A stretch of DNA of 63,890 nt, counting the filler, from Dugesia japonica (lineage: Eukaryota), in NCBI GenBank assembly GCA_001938525.1. It is 6 parts of 6 records of this genome, joined end to end, with 100 filler letters (N's around TTAATTAATTAA, not from the genome) between each part and the next. Parts side by side here need not be neighbours in the genome. Positions count along the whole stretch, not along the records: positions 21,749 to 30,487 come from MQRL01581605.1; positions 30,588 to 45,711 come from MQRL01319735.1; 4 more parts are not named here. The stretch is one strand, 5' to 3'. The position numbers were made by a program, and so were the translations under genes. Positions 25,501 to 38,641 of this stretch are shown here, piece by piece (within the stretch, counting starts at the first letter, position 1; each line of letters opens with the position of its first letter). Below the pieces are notes generated by a model, which saw only the letters and a list, made by a program, of their open reading frames with translations, ran no database searches and had not been told where the DNA came from.

Positions 25501-26282
25501 TTAAACTCTCAATAAATGTAAAATCTTGTATTGTTAGAGTGAGAAAAGATAAATAATGATAATAGTGATAATTATAATTGTTGATATAATTGTATATATA
25601 AAACAGTGTTTTAATATTCAAACATGGTTCAGTAATAAATTACAGTGTAGTGAGAATTTAATAAATTGAAAGTGTACTATGTATCATTGCTATTATTTCT
25701 TGAGATTACATTTCTGTGCGGAAATTTAACAAACTATATTTGGTTACCAAATCAAGTCTCAGTTCATATCTCAGATATCCCAATTCTAAAAATTACTTTT
25801 AACAAGCTATATCTGGTTAGTATTCTGAAATAAATTTCATAATTGCTGTGTGTAAATTTTGTTTACGTTATTAATAAACCTTACCTTATATAAAATTTAT
25901 TACTTACTGAAATTGTTGTGAATTTGATTTAAATCTATTTAAAGAAATTTATTATATAATTAGATTAATAGTTATTAATAGCTAAATATTGTTATCATAT
26001 TGTCTTTCATATATATAGAATGAGTACGACTGCATTATCCCTTAACAGTTAGTGAATTAATTTAAACCAATAAATTAGCTTGAAGGCTTGTCTCTCAAAT
26101 AAGGTTACAAATAAAATTATTCCATTCGTAATATTAAATTTCATACACTGGCACAAGATTTATATACGAATGTGTGGATTGCTATACGAATTTTATCGAC
26201 GATACCCATAACTAAAGCAAGTTGAGAATGAAGTTTTCCAAAATTAAAATTAATTAAAACCTATCTTCGGTCTACTATGTCA
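22567..26282 (+). mobile_element. Degenerate hAT transposase (ZMYM1/DUF4371 type) with internal insertions
   Basis: MSLRKLTGAQ start; WIYYS..YCVGCLLF zinc finger (about 23060); PLRG; YYAIIA..EQLSLTFRFVD; CKGKGYGNRSNM (CRGQxYDNxxNM); C-terminal KLIKTYLRSTM (about 26250). Confidence 0.8.
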
Positions 26283-27570
26283 TCAAAAACTTTTCTTATT
26301 ATAAAAATTTAACGAACTTTCATTGGTAAACAATTTTAATTTTATTTAAATTAATTTCAAAAAATTTAAACTTAATTTAAAGAATTTTCAATAAACTTTT
26401 GTCTTTCTTATAAAAATAAGGCAAAATTTCTTCTCAATCTATTTGTATTACTAAAATAATGTCCAGTGATTTTCAATGAAACATTTGAAAAAAACAGTTA
26501 TTTAAACAATTAATTGTTCAGGTGAATTAAATGTGTTGGGCTGAAACAGCCTTTCGTGAAATATGAAAAACATAAAAGGAAATAAATTAAAAAGTAATAA
26601 GAAAATGAATAAAAAAATAAGTAATGAGAAAAAAATAAAATCTTGATCTATGAAATGATAAGGAAACGATTATTAAATAATAATAACTGAAGTTAAAAAG
26701 TGTAAGAAATATCAAACAAAATCTAGGGTAAAACAATAAAAAGAAAATAAAGTCGTAAAAGCTGTCGAGAAAACGAAGAATTGATTAAATATTAAAATAT
26801 GCAATAATTGAAGATAATCAATGATTAGATGGCTAAGGTAAAATATGCTCAGAAAATAAGTTAAAGTGATTGAAAAGAAGAATGTCAATAAAACAAGGAA
26901 TATCTATTATTATTTATAATTTGTATAAATGTGTTGGAAATATTCATGTATTAAAAATAAAATTATATTGATGAGAGAAAAAGAAAGATTAAAACTAATA
27001 GTTATATTAAAATATTTTGATATTTTAGAGAGAAATTATAGGGGGAAAACAGAATAAATCATCATGATCATAATAAATAATAAAATAATAGATTATGAGT
27101 CAGGTTTAAGCACAAGAATTGTATTATAATTATAATTTTATAAAAAATATAAAATGTGAAATTATTATTTTTATCGATAAATATAATTAAAATTATTATT
27201 ATTCAATAAATTTTATTATTTATAATGAACCCAGAGGAATTATAACAAGAAAATTATATGTAGTAGAAGATCTGATGATTTTGTGTAAGAATTTAGAATT
27301 GATATGTTTATATTTGCTTGTGATTGTAGAGTTATCGCTATTTCTAAAACACTTACAAGTTTCAGAAAATTATTATTTCTTTAGAAAATGATTATTGTTT
27401 TAGACCCCTCTACTTGAGGAAAAAAATATAGAACATCTGTGAGCACATAATCCACTACAGAATTAACAGAAAATAAAAATAATCACGCCCATATTTGGAC
27501 ATCTATGTGTAAGCTACGGGTAAGCAGCGTACGATTTCTTGCATTAGCAGAACTCTGAAGTGGACGCCAA

Positions 27571-27637
27571 CTGTATCTGTCAAAATTTGACATACAGTGA
27601 GGTATAAAAGCAAATCAAAATGAGTGGAAAATCAGTC
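27571..27637 (+). promoter_or_regulatory. Hairpin followed by TATA box and Inr-like element
   Basis: CTGTATCTGTCAAAATTTGACATACAG imperfect palindrome (27571-27597), TATAAAAG at 27603, TCAGTC at 27632. Confidence 0.35.
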
Positions 27638-28739
27638 TTGAAAATTCGATTTTNNNNNNNNNNNNNNNNNNNNNNNNNNNNNNNNNNNNNNNNNNNNNNN
27701 NNNNNNNNNNNNNNNNNNNNNAAGTAGAAACGGAAAGCCAAGAAGTAACTATTTCAATTTATTTATAAAATTATCATAAAAAAAATTAAATAATAATTTT
27801 TATAAAACGGAAAACTGAGGTGATGGTCGTCATCACTAGCCTTGTTGGTGATGACGATCATCACAACTTAGATATTCAATGCACCAGATCATCTCTTATG
27901 AATTTATGCACTGCGTAAGTAAAATATTGATAAGATGATTATGATAAAGGAGATTTGATGATAACGATGATAAACGTTTATGGTTAAAGATGCTGATGTT
28001 TAAGATAATGAAGAGATGAATATGGGTTCAAGTATTGTGTAATGAGGCAATGAACGGAATAAAGTAATATATGGTAAAGAGATGAGGGCTAATGATACCT
28101 TAAGCCTTGATGTGTGGTGGTTGAACTTTCTATTACTGAAATACAAGTGATAATATTGTGCTTGGTGTATTCAATGAGTATCAGGAACTTTGAGGTTAAC
28201 ATGAATTTACTTGAAAATATTAATTTCCGTTTATAAAATTATGCTGTTACGTTTTGATTTCATAGATCTATATGATATTGCTTTTGTTTATGAGAAGGAA
28301 TTATTTTTATTTATTGAATAAAACTAGAATAATTAATCTAAAGCAGTTATATATTTCGTGAAATATAATTTAAAATTTTAACTATTATATTGGTATCGTT
28401 AAAGTAATAATTAATAACACAAAATGGTCTAAAATTATTGACGCGACTTAAAATCTTTAAATCATTAATACGTAGCAAGTCGGGATGTGTCAGTTCCTGA
28501 GAGCAATAAGAGACGAAGCTTTCATGTTGATTAACGATTGAATATATAGGTCATTTATAATTAATTTTGATAATTTCTCAGATCACATTTAAAATGAAGC
28601 TCCCCAAATAGTAGAAAACATGCGATGGTGAAAACTTGAAGTGATTATGATAATTCTTAATTAAATCTATATTTATTCGTTTAAATACATCAACGCTTAA
28701 CAGATTAAACTGCATCCTAAAATTATTTAATTCACAGAA

Positions 28740-29012
28740 ATGTCGATGCGGATAACTAAGCCGACGAGAGAAGAGATACTTTCCGAACAACAGGCTACAT
28801 GCGCAGAATTGAAAAAGTTGCGAAAAGAAAACAAGGAGCTTCGAGATACTGCCAACCCCACTAAACGGAAAAGGTCCACCTTAAGAGAGAGATTGAGTGT
28901 GAGTCGACGGAGAGAATTCACACTCATCGCGAACAACTGCATGTTTGTCGAGATAATCAAATCATATGAAGATCGAAAAGCATCCGTTCTCGCCAGCGTA
29001 AAGACATTGTGA
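28740..29012 (+). CDS. Unknown small basic coiled-coil ORF, probably extending past a premature stop to about 29140
   Basis: Higher GC than flanks; heptad ELKKLRKENKELR; NLS-like KRKRS; AATAAA at 29097 and 29139. Confidence 0.3.
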   Translation: MSMRITKPTREEILSEQQATCAELKKLRKENKELRDTANPTKRKRSTLRERLSVSRRREFTLIANNCMFVEIIKSYEDRKASVLASVKTL

Positions 29013-30694
29013 AAGGAATATGAGATGAAGAACAAAAGTGACGATGAATGTGTGATTACCGAGGAAAGTCTTCGGGTCACCATAAATTATGTCAAAATAA
29101 ATGTGTATTTATTATCGAAGTCTCTTCATTGTTTAAAGAATAAATTTATTCAACTTAATAAGAGCCATAACAACTAAGACTTTCTAAAAGACGGGATACC
29201 GCATAGTCCCACATGGACTCAGGGTGGATGGAGCAATACAATGAGTGTTGCCAAATTTCTGCCGGCTCCGGGGTATCTGTCNNNNNNNNNNNNNNNNNNN
29301 NNNNNNNNNNNNNNNNNNNNNNNNNNNNNNNNNNNNNNNNNNNNNNNNNNNNNNNNNNNNNNNNNNNNNNNNNNNNNNNNNNNNNNNNNNNNNNNNNNNN
29401 NNNNNNNNNNNNNNNNNNNNNNNNNNNNNNNNNNNNNNNNNNNNNNNNNNNNNNNNNNNNNNNNNNNNNNNNNNNNNNNNNNNNNNNNNNNNNNNNNNNN
29501 NNNNNNNNNNTCCTTTTTAATATTTACTTTAAAAGCTGTAATCAAATAAGTACGGCCGACGTTACAGGGTTAAATAATAATTTACAGATAATTAATTACA
29601 GAGACTTCTTTTTCTTTTTAAACATAAATTCAAGAAACAAAGAAAATTATGAAATACAAAAATTTTATTTATATTTCTACGGATCTTCGATAAAAATTTT
29701 TTTAAGTAAACAAACTATTAATTTTAAGTTTATAAAATAATAAATAAATTTCAACTTTCAAAATTATATTTCACTTTTTCATGATAAATTATTCCAAATT
29801 TTTCACATAAAATAAAGATTTAAGGTTGATTAATGGCATCCCTTATATTTGGGCAATGAATTGCATGATATAAACAAGGAAATTCAATTGAATAATCCAG
29901 ATCACTTTGTCTTTTCATTTCAGAATTATCTTTTACAGANGATAATGCCCTTAAAATCATATCTTTCAATAATGTTGTATCTGCATTTGTTTTCAAAGCC
30001 TAAACATTATTTTTTTAAAAAAAAACTATTACGAATAAGATTTTTACCTGACTTTCGAATAGAAAAATTAAAAAAGCTCCAATATAAACCATTATTTCTC
30101 CTTGTTTCATTTGTTTTTGAAGATTTTTTAATTAAGAATATAAATTTTATTTTAAATCTAAATACAATTTGAGATCGCTTTTGATTTGTTGAAAAAAAAA
30201 ATTAATGAAAATTCATTGTGATTTTGTTTTGGGAAAATGAAACAATTGTCGTNNNNNNNNNNNNNNNNNNNNNNNNNNNNNNNNNNNNNNNNNNNNNNNN
30301 NNNNNNNNNNNNATAAATTATTTTCTTATTTTAATCATGTTTTTTATCGTTATAAAGAAAAAAAATCGTAAATTTTGCTACGATTTGTTGAAAATTACTC
30401 CAATATTTAGATGAATTAATATCCACTACTGACTTATTGTGGTATACAACTGATTTTTAAAATATGGGATTCTACCTCAAATTGAGCNNNNNNNNNNNNN
30501 NNNNNNNNNNNNNNNNNNNNNNNNNNNNNNNTTAATTAATTAANNNNNNNNNNNNNNNNNNNNNNNNNNNNNNNNNNNNNNNNNNNNTTTTACCAGTTAT
30601 CTGGCCCATTTTTTGGCCAGATTAATTAAAAAATATTAATTATAATAATGATAATTATAATAAATAATAATAAAATAATATATAATAATGTGTT

Positions 30695-30952
30695 CCAGCC
30701 CAACAGATTTATTGAAATCTGTAAAGAAGCGGTCACCGTCACCTATTGTATTTGTTCGACAATTATCTTGAATGAAAGGCCTTTTCTTTCTAATGGCTTT
30801 TTACAGCCCATTATTCTACATTTTCCATTTGGAAATATGATTATTGTATAATCGGGNNNNNNNNNNNNACATTGTTTTGGCTTATAAGTAAATTGAAGAC
30901 TATCTAAATTTTCAGTAGTATATCCTTTATAATTAATATTTGACATGGACAT
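30695..30952 (-). pseudogene. TATA-binding-protein-like gene (first repeat and start of second; in-frame TAG and truncation)
   Basis: SNINYKG..NLD; YKPKQ; TIIIFPNGKCRIMGCK (compare TALIFSSGKMVCTGAK); IQ*VTVTASLQISINLLG (compare IQNMVGSCDVKFPIRLEG). Confidence 0.6.
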
Positions 30953-31043
30953 AATTACAAAATAAAAGTGACTTATTTTGTTCTATTTATACTTTTTTGA
31001 CTATAAACAAAATCAATATGCTGATTAAAAATGCTTTACGATC

Positions 31044-31274
31044 ATGAATACTGAAGAGGAAACACGAATTGTATTTATTATCAAAGAATATGCAACTATG
31101 ATAATTGACGAAGTTTTGAAACTTGCTTCATCTAAAAACATGCTTAAATCAAACGAAGACGAAGAAGAAAAAGAGATGGATGATGAAGGAAACGATATGG
31201 ATGATAAAAACGTTACGAGTGGCGATGATGATGAAAAGGAAAACCTTATGAATGATGATGAAAATAATTATTAA
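31044..31274 (+). CDS. Small acidic protein, divergent from the TBP-like gene
   Basis: Intact 76-aa ORF with a D/E-rich C-terminus; back-to-back TATAAA at 30986-30991 (minus) and 31002-31007 (plus). Confidence 0.4.
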   Translation: MNTEEETRIVFIIKEYATMIIDEVLKLASSKNMLKSNEDEEEKEMDDEGNDMDDKNVTSGDDDEKENLMNDDENNY

Positions 31275-31469
31275 TCAAATGATTGTTCAAATAATTGTTA
31301 AAATTATTGTTTAATGAAAATTTTGGATTTATTTTTTCTTTACTTTAAAAAAAATATTAAATTAAGCATATTAAATAAAACATTAAAAAAAACAAGTTAT
31401 ATAAAAAAATAATAATTTATTTCTATGACATCAACAATAACACCAATAACAACACATTTTCTAAAATAA

Positions 31470-32060
31470 TTAACAACTAAAAACATCCATCAATTTCCAA
31501 ACAGGAATTTTGATTCCATTTTTTCTTTTGAATCCTTGCAGTAAAATTTTCACTTTAACCATTCCATCTTGTGCGGGCATACATTGATTTCCAGAATTTT
31601 CATACCAATTGAAATCCGTCACGCGAATATAGAATGATCTTTTCGTTGGGATGTCTGTTTATATTTCTGTATTAATTTGACTTAATTCATCTTTTAAGAA
31701 TTGAATATTTCTACCTGTTAATTGCGATATTTGGAAGCCGAATTTAACTTTTTGCATTTTGACAACATCCGGTAGAAGCAATGACTTATTTTCTTTGAGA
31801 AAAGTCATTTTAAAACCACGATAAGTATCCGACGGATTGAAATTTCCTTAAGAAAATAAAATTAATGGAATAATAATAATATTATAATAATAAAAGAAAA
31901 CTATCGTTGCTTTGCTTTTCCTCACCAAATATATCTTCATATGATAATTTTCTTTGTTTTTGATCTATTTTGCCGTATTCGTTGAATTGGCAAGAAAAGT
32001 CAAGCATCCCTTTATTCGCCTCATTAGTTTGAGAATCATCATTTCAAATTATTATAAAAT
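31470..32060 (-). pseudogene. Spliced element gene, possibly an OB-fold ssDNA-binding protein
   Basis: A 55-bp GT-AG intron (31901-31847) joins ...LSYEDIFGEEKQSND in frame to RNFNPSDTYRGFKMTF...VKVKILLQGFKRKNGIKIPVWKL; one internal stop. Confidence 0.35.
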
Positions 32061-32845
32061 GAATTATGATATTTACTTATTTACTATTTTACTTAATCAA
32101 TTATATCGATGTAATCGAACAAAATTTTGTCTAATTAAATTATTTATTGCATCTGCATTGCATCGACATCGCATCTGCATCGCATCGGCATAAGATTTTT
32201 GTTTTCAATGTAACATTGTTTATTATAACTATATTTAATAACAACAACAACAACATTTATTTTCATTATAAGTAGAATTATTTTATTATAACTACAATTA
32301 TTTTTTAACTAGAATTATTTAATAAAAATAGCAAATAAAACATTATTTTAGAAAACATTTATTTGTACAAAATAATAACAAAAAATATCACAATATTTAC
32401 ATGAAATTAATATTATTATTATTAATTTCGAATTGTTGCAATCGAACCCATGCATTTTCAAGTAAGGAATCTAGAAATCGATTGGTTCACTCTCCTATCT
32501 CTTCTTGCGGAAGATTCCACGGATTCGTTTCGACTCATCTTGTTGACATATTATTATCGTTATTTATATTGTTGATATTTAAAAGACCAAAATAATGAAT
32601 TAGATGCGTTATAAATATATATATATATATATTAATTTCAAATAAATGATATATTACGTTATGGTATTTTAAATTAAAATTTAAAAATTTGATAATATTT
32701 TATGTCAAATAATGCATACACAAACATAAAATATACAATAAAAAACATATCTTAAATACATCAGGTTACTATTACATTGCAGTATTTAATATTACATTAA
32801 ATACCGACGTTTTTTAGTTTATAATCTTTTTTTATTTTTGAAAAT

Positions 32846-33112
32846 ATGAACTGCAGACAAGAAAAATATACGAAAACAGTAAATTTATATTCTTTATTTC
32901 ATATATTATTTTGTTATTTATAGGATGCAACGAATCAAAATAGTTTGGATTGTGATTATTATTTTGATTATCTGGCTGATAGAAACCAGATCAGAAGATA
33001 TGAAAGGCAAAAGATAGATGATATCGAGAAATGGGTGAAAACCATGAAACAAAAAAAAATATTATTGTACATTTTTATAAAAACAATAAATGTTGTTAAT
33101 TCATGTTGTTAA
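32846..33112 (+). CDS. Small spliced ORF of unknown function
   Basis: Exon 32846-32878 (MNCRQEKYTKT), 45-bp GTAAAT...TTATAG intron 32879-32923, in-frame exon DATNQNSLDCDYYFDYLADRNQIRRYERQKIDDIEKW. Confidence 0.4.
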
Positions 33113-33251
33113 AACACATCGTGATACACACGATACACACATGATGCACATATGATGTAACCATAGATACGCACTAAAATCTATATTTAAAATAGTATAT
33201 ATAGTAAAACATATTTATTATTATTTCTTTTTACTAAAATCAATTTTCAAA

Positions 33252-33515
33252 ATGCTATGTACAAAATACCAAGTTTGTCAATCGCGATTCCACAACGATT
33301 GTAACAAAGTCATGGAGCTTTATTACAAATTCAAATCAAGAGGGACTATATTTTATATATGCCCAAACTGTGAAACGGCAGAAGCAACATCATATGAGGA
33401 ATTTTATGCAAAACATTCAAATCATCATCTTGGACCATTTAAAATATCAAAGAAGTCAATGTTCATTAGTTTTATAAACAAAATGAACAATGTTCAAAAT
33501 GATGGCAACAAATGA
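33252..33515 (+). CDS. Small Cys/His-rich (putative Zn-binding) ORF overlapping the PolB start
   Basis: CQSRFHNDC...CPNC...HSNHH. Confidence 0.4.
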   Translation: MLCTKYQVCQSRFHNDCNKVMELYYKFKSRGTIFYICPNCETAEATSYEEFYAKHSNHHLGPFKISKKSMFISFINKMNNVQNDGNK

Positions 33516-36500
33516 AATGTCTACAATCAATAATGTAAATCCAGTCAATCCAGCAAATTCAGTCATTCCAACAAATTCAGTCATTCTAACAAATTCAGTC
33601 ATTCTAACAAATTCAACCATTCAAGACAATCAAATCTACAAAGTTATTCAAAAAAGTCGTAAACGAAAAGGATCACCAACAGCAGCTTCATCATCATCAA
33701 AACGAAATTGTAATTATCAGAAAATGACCGTTATTATGAATGGGAGTCATATAGAGCTTTGTTTTGATGTCACTAGAAATAACACTCAAGAAATTATGCC
33801 ATTAAAAAGGTATGTGAGGAAGCAGAAAAACTGAAAAATTGTTAATTTGTTCACGGGCTTAAAATTCAATTTGAGAATCCGGAATGTGAAACAAAAGAAT
33901 GTCACGTTTCACTTCGTGCAGTCGAATATGAGCCGAATTTCATAAACAATATCTCACCAGTCTTAGCTGAAAAGGTACAAAATTATAGTGAAATGGGAAG
34001 CGGTTGGAAAATGGTAAAGGTAATACAATATTGTTTTAAACTAATAAAAATCCGTCCAATCCCATATTTTTCCGGCCGAATTTATATCAAATCTCCAGAA
34101 TCATTAATGCTACCATCAATGTTAAAAATGACAACAGCATTTTGGCAGTAGAAAAATATTCATTTATAAATCATCATCGCAAAAGAGTTACCAACTATGT
34201 TCCATTCTTATCAGAGTTAAATAATTCTATGGAAGAAATGCCAATGAAAAAAAAACATTTGAAAATTTGAACGAAATAATTTAGAGTTGGCTATTAATAT
34301 TTTTAAATATAATAATGAAGTGGATATCATCAAAAATCCCTACATTGACATCTTATATAAGAGCAAAAATGAAGATGGGAGAGAAATTAACTTGCTCCTC
34401 ATCAATAGAGAAGGGTAACAATTATAATTACCTTGCTTTTATAAATTTGGACAAGCTACTCAATATGAGAGATAAAAAAACTGAATTAGAATTCAATATC
34501 AATTTTGGTGTCGCAGATTTTTACACGGATTTCGATATCAATTGGGTTATGACAAACACTTACCCCTCTGTGATTCACACAATACATTAACCACGTTATA
34601 CAAAATGCCAAATCAAAAATATTGCGAATTTTTCGATTATTCGAAGACCATCAGCCCACCATATATTATTTATGCTGATTTTGAGTCAGTGTTGGAGCCG
34701 ACAGAAGTCTAGGAAAACTTTCATATGCCAGCATCAGCGGGTTTGTTACTTTTAGGACCAGATGGATCGAAAAGTTATGAGGAACAATCTGGTCAAGATT
34801 GTATCTGTCACTTTTATCAGCCTTGAATTCTATTGTAAAAACCAAGGTTTGCACATAGTACAAGAATGCTAAAGTGCAAATGTTGCCTCTATCACACGGA
34901 GAACAATATGCTTTCGATAATGCGACAGAATGTTATTTATGCTAACAAATTTCATCAAAATATGTAAGAGAACATTGTCATGCAAGTGGGAAATTTCTTA
35001 GAGCGGCATGTAACAAATGCAACATGAGCAGACAGAACAGATGGATGCTACCAGTATTTTTTCATAATCTAAAAGGATATGATATGCATCATATTCTGAA
35101 GCATCCTATCAACAAATTTCCCGCTTACAATTTAAATGTTATTCCACTAACAACAGAAAAATTTTCAACATTTACTGCCTACATCAAGATGGAACAAGGA
35201 AAAACGGTTTCAATCAGGTGTCTCGATTCTTACCAGTTTTTATCAGCGTCATTAAAAACTCTGGCTTCAAATTTGCAAGAATTTCCAATCACTAAAACAG
35301 CATTTTCAGATATCGTTATCAAAGGTAAAGGCGTGTTTCCATACACACTTGCTTAATCATTCAACGATCTCAAATCAATCAAACAGTTACCGGCAAAATG
35401 GGACGATATATCTGATGCAGAGTATAGTGATGCTATTCAAGTAATGAATCAGTACAAATGTGTCAATCTCCTGCAATATATGCTAATTTATATTTTTCAA
35501 CAATTCAGAGTGCAAGTTAAACAACAAGATAGAATGGAAGCAGCTAACTTCGTTTCTATACCGGCTTTAAGTTGGGCAATAGGTATAAAAACATGCCCAC
35601 TCATAATTGATTTACTACAAGATCCGGAAATAAATTTCTTTTTCCAGACTGGCATAAGAGGCGGAATGACCTTTGTCAATTAACACAGGGTCATAGCAGA
35701 TGAAACAACAAGTCTGCTCTATATCGATATCAACAACCTCTATGGCTGGGCATTGAGTCAACCATTGCCATATACTGATTATAAATGGATAAATAATGAT
35801 GAAGAGTTGAAGATTCTAATTGATATGTTGCCATATTTGAATATTGAAAAGGAAGAAAATGGACTTGTTTTCGAAGTAGATTTGTCAATCCCTACAGAAG
35901 AACACGATAAGCTGTATCAACTACCTCTTGCACCGATTAATCAATGTCCACCGGGAAGTAAAGTTAAAATATTGCTTTTAACTCATGAGACCAAGAAAAA
36001 TTTTATTATCCATTATCGCCTACTACAGATGTTTATCAAATTGGGAACGAAAGTTGACAAAGTTCATTGTGCAGTCTCATTCAATAAAAGCTGCATTTTA
36101 AAGTCGCTTATCGAATTCAACTCAGAAAAGCGGGCTCAAGCCAATAATGCCTTTGAAAAAAGACTTTTATAAGTTAAAAAAACAACAGTCTTTAAGACAG
36201 GACTGTTGAAAATCTTATGAAAAGAATGAATTTAAAGCTATGTAACAATGACAAAAAGCTGCTTACCTATGCTTGCAAACTGCAATTCAAGGATTCAGTA
36301 GAAATTTGCGATAATTTAGTGGTGGTTCTAATAGATAACACTAGATAGACCGTCATACATTGGTTAAGCAGTTCTTGATTTATCAACGCTGCGTATTTAT
36401 AACCTACAATATGAGGACTTGAAGTCCTATAGTGAAATATTTATCTGCGAAATTAAAATCGTTGCAGGTGATCGGATAGCTTTTTCCTCGAATGTAAAAA

Positions 36501-36930
36501 TGTCAAACTTCGAGATCAGCTATTACTACCAATGATTCAAGACCGGATTTTAGATACATCAAATTTAGATAAAGGCGATCCGCTTAATTCGATATATCTT
36601 TAACAGTCGCGATTGGGAAATTCAAGGATAAAAATCGCGCAATGTCGAATTTTAAGGAATGGATTTTCCTACGACTGAAATCCTATTCAATCCAAACAGA
36701 TTCGAAAACTGTGATGAAAAATAAAGGAATCACATTGAAGAAAACTAATATAAATCATCAATATTATATTAATTCTTTTGAAAATGGAGAAGAAAAAAGA
36801 CTGGAACAAAGCAGAATAGGATAGGCCAATCTTCAGTAATTTACAATCAAATGTTCGAAAAAAGCACTCGATCCATTCGATAATAAAAGAAGCTGGGTAG
36901 ACAAAAATATTTTAAAAAAATTTAGATATC
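33490..36930 (+). pseudogene. Protein-primed DNA polymerase B of Polinton/adintovirus type, with many stops and frameshifts
   Basis: GSGW (about 33995), YADFES (ExoI, 34671), EHCHASGKFLRAACNKCN (endonuclease VII-like insert), FHNLKGYD (ExoII), CLDSYQFLSASL, KGVFPY, GIRGG, LYIDINNLYG..SQPLP (motif A), GKFKD, RLKSYS, FDNKR (36876). Confidence 0.92.
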
Positions 36931-37254
36931 AGTATGTAATAATATCTTAAAAATTATAATATTAATAACATCTTTAATAATTCATCTTCCAAAAAATGGA
37001 CACTTAAAAAAAATATTCAACGTTCTAAAAAATAGACATTTAAAAAAATTCAATGTTTTAGAAAAAGGACATTGGAAATTTATAATTTATTCTAACTTCG
37101 ACATTTTAAAAAAAATATTCTATGTTCTAGAAAATGGGCATTATAAATATATAATTAATTCTAGCTTTTAGATATTTAAAATCAAAAAAAAATAAAATTT
37201 CAAATTTTTCAAATTTTCTTTTTAGATTTCTATCTATGAAAAATTGTAGTTTCT

Positions 37255-38641
37255 AGTAAAAAATAAATTTTTCAAAAAAGTATTACTCAAGTCGCTCAAA
37301 AACAATGGAGGACGCGAGGACAGAAACTTTTGAACCTTATATCATCACCAGTATTCAATGTAAAACATTTTTAAAAATACCATTATACTTTATTTATTTT
37401 TCTTAATTTTCTCATTTTTTAAAATATTTTAAAAATCAAAATTTTATTTTTTATTTTTCAGAAAAAATTTTTCAAAAATATTAAAAAAAAATTTTCTTTT
37501 CATAACATCCAATCATCTGAATGCGGACACAAAGGCTACAGATAGTTCAGCAATTATCCCGACTCTATTCCTCTTAGTTGCTGAGAAAAATCGAAAAAAC
37601 AAAAAATTTCCAAGTTACCATAGCAACCGTCCCATTCTTCGTTACCAAGGTCAGAAAAAAATCTATATTTCATTACAAAAATAATTTTTCAAAAAACTAT
37701 AGTGCAACTTGCTCAAAAACATGAGAGGACACAAGGACAGAAAATTTAGAACTTTATATCGTCACCAATTTTCTATAATGAAATTTCAAAAAATTTCAAA
37801 TATTTTTCTCAGTTTTTTAAAATTTTAAAATTTTCAAAAATCAAAAATAAATTTTTTATTTTTTCAGAAAAAATTTTAAAAAAATCGGGTTGCCATGACA
37901 ACATGCCCCATAGATACGCACACCTTGGTTACACATTACAGAATAAGTTTCCGCGCACCATCGCCCTTAGTTACCGCACAAAATCAAATGGTTACGGTTA
38001 TTTCCCCCCTGTTCTTCTCGCGTCCTCCTTTCCCACTACTATACCTTTTATAATTAAATTGTTTTTAATTTGTAAATCCAAATCGATCATTCCAATTATT
38101 TATAATTTACAATTCTAAATTAAAAATCCCAATGTATAATATTGTTTAAAATTTACTAATAATTTTTTACATAATAAGAATTATAAAAATTTGATAGAAA
38201 GATTTAAAATTTTTACATAAAAGTAGAATTGAAAAAAAAATGAGCGCACGAAACAAGGGGCCCTCGAGGGAGGGGGCCTAACCTCCACCCTACCCCTATG
38301 ATTCATCAAAAATTTTTTAGGGGCGGATGATGAGTTATCGATGTGATGAGTCATAGGGTACCCCTAAAATTTTTTGGTTAGGGGGGTCATAGGGTACTCC
38401 CAATTTTCAAAAATTTTCAAAAATCGAAAATAAATTTTTTATTTTTTCAGAAAAATTCGAAAAAAATCTAAAAAAATCTAGTTGCCATGACAACACACGC
38501 ACACTTCGGTTACACATTACGCAATAAGTTTCTGCGCACCATCGCCCTTAGTTACTGCACAAAAGCAATTTTCTGTTATCGCAACGGTTGCCATGGAAAC
38601 GGTTACCCCCGCCTGGTCTCGCGTCCGTCTTTCCCACTACT
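37255..38641. mobile_element. Subterminal repeats and two tandem, diverged right termini (ending CCCACTACT at 38040 and 38641) of the PolB-bearing element family
   Basis: Direct repeats about 37265-37470 / 37683-37880 and 37825-38040 / 38410-38641; X-boxes at 37614, 37889, 38481 and 38587; ACTACT ends as in Polinton TIRs (5'-AGTAGT). Confidence 0.7.
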
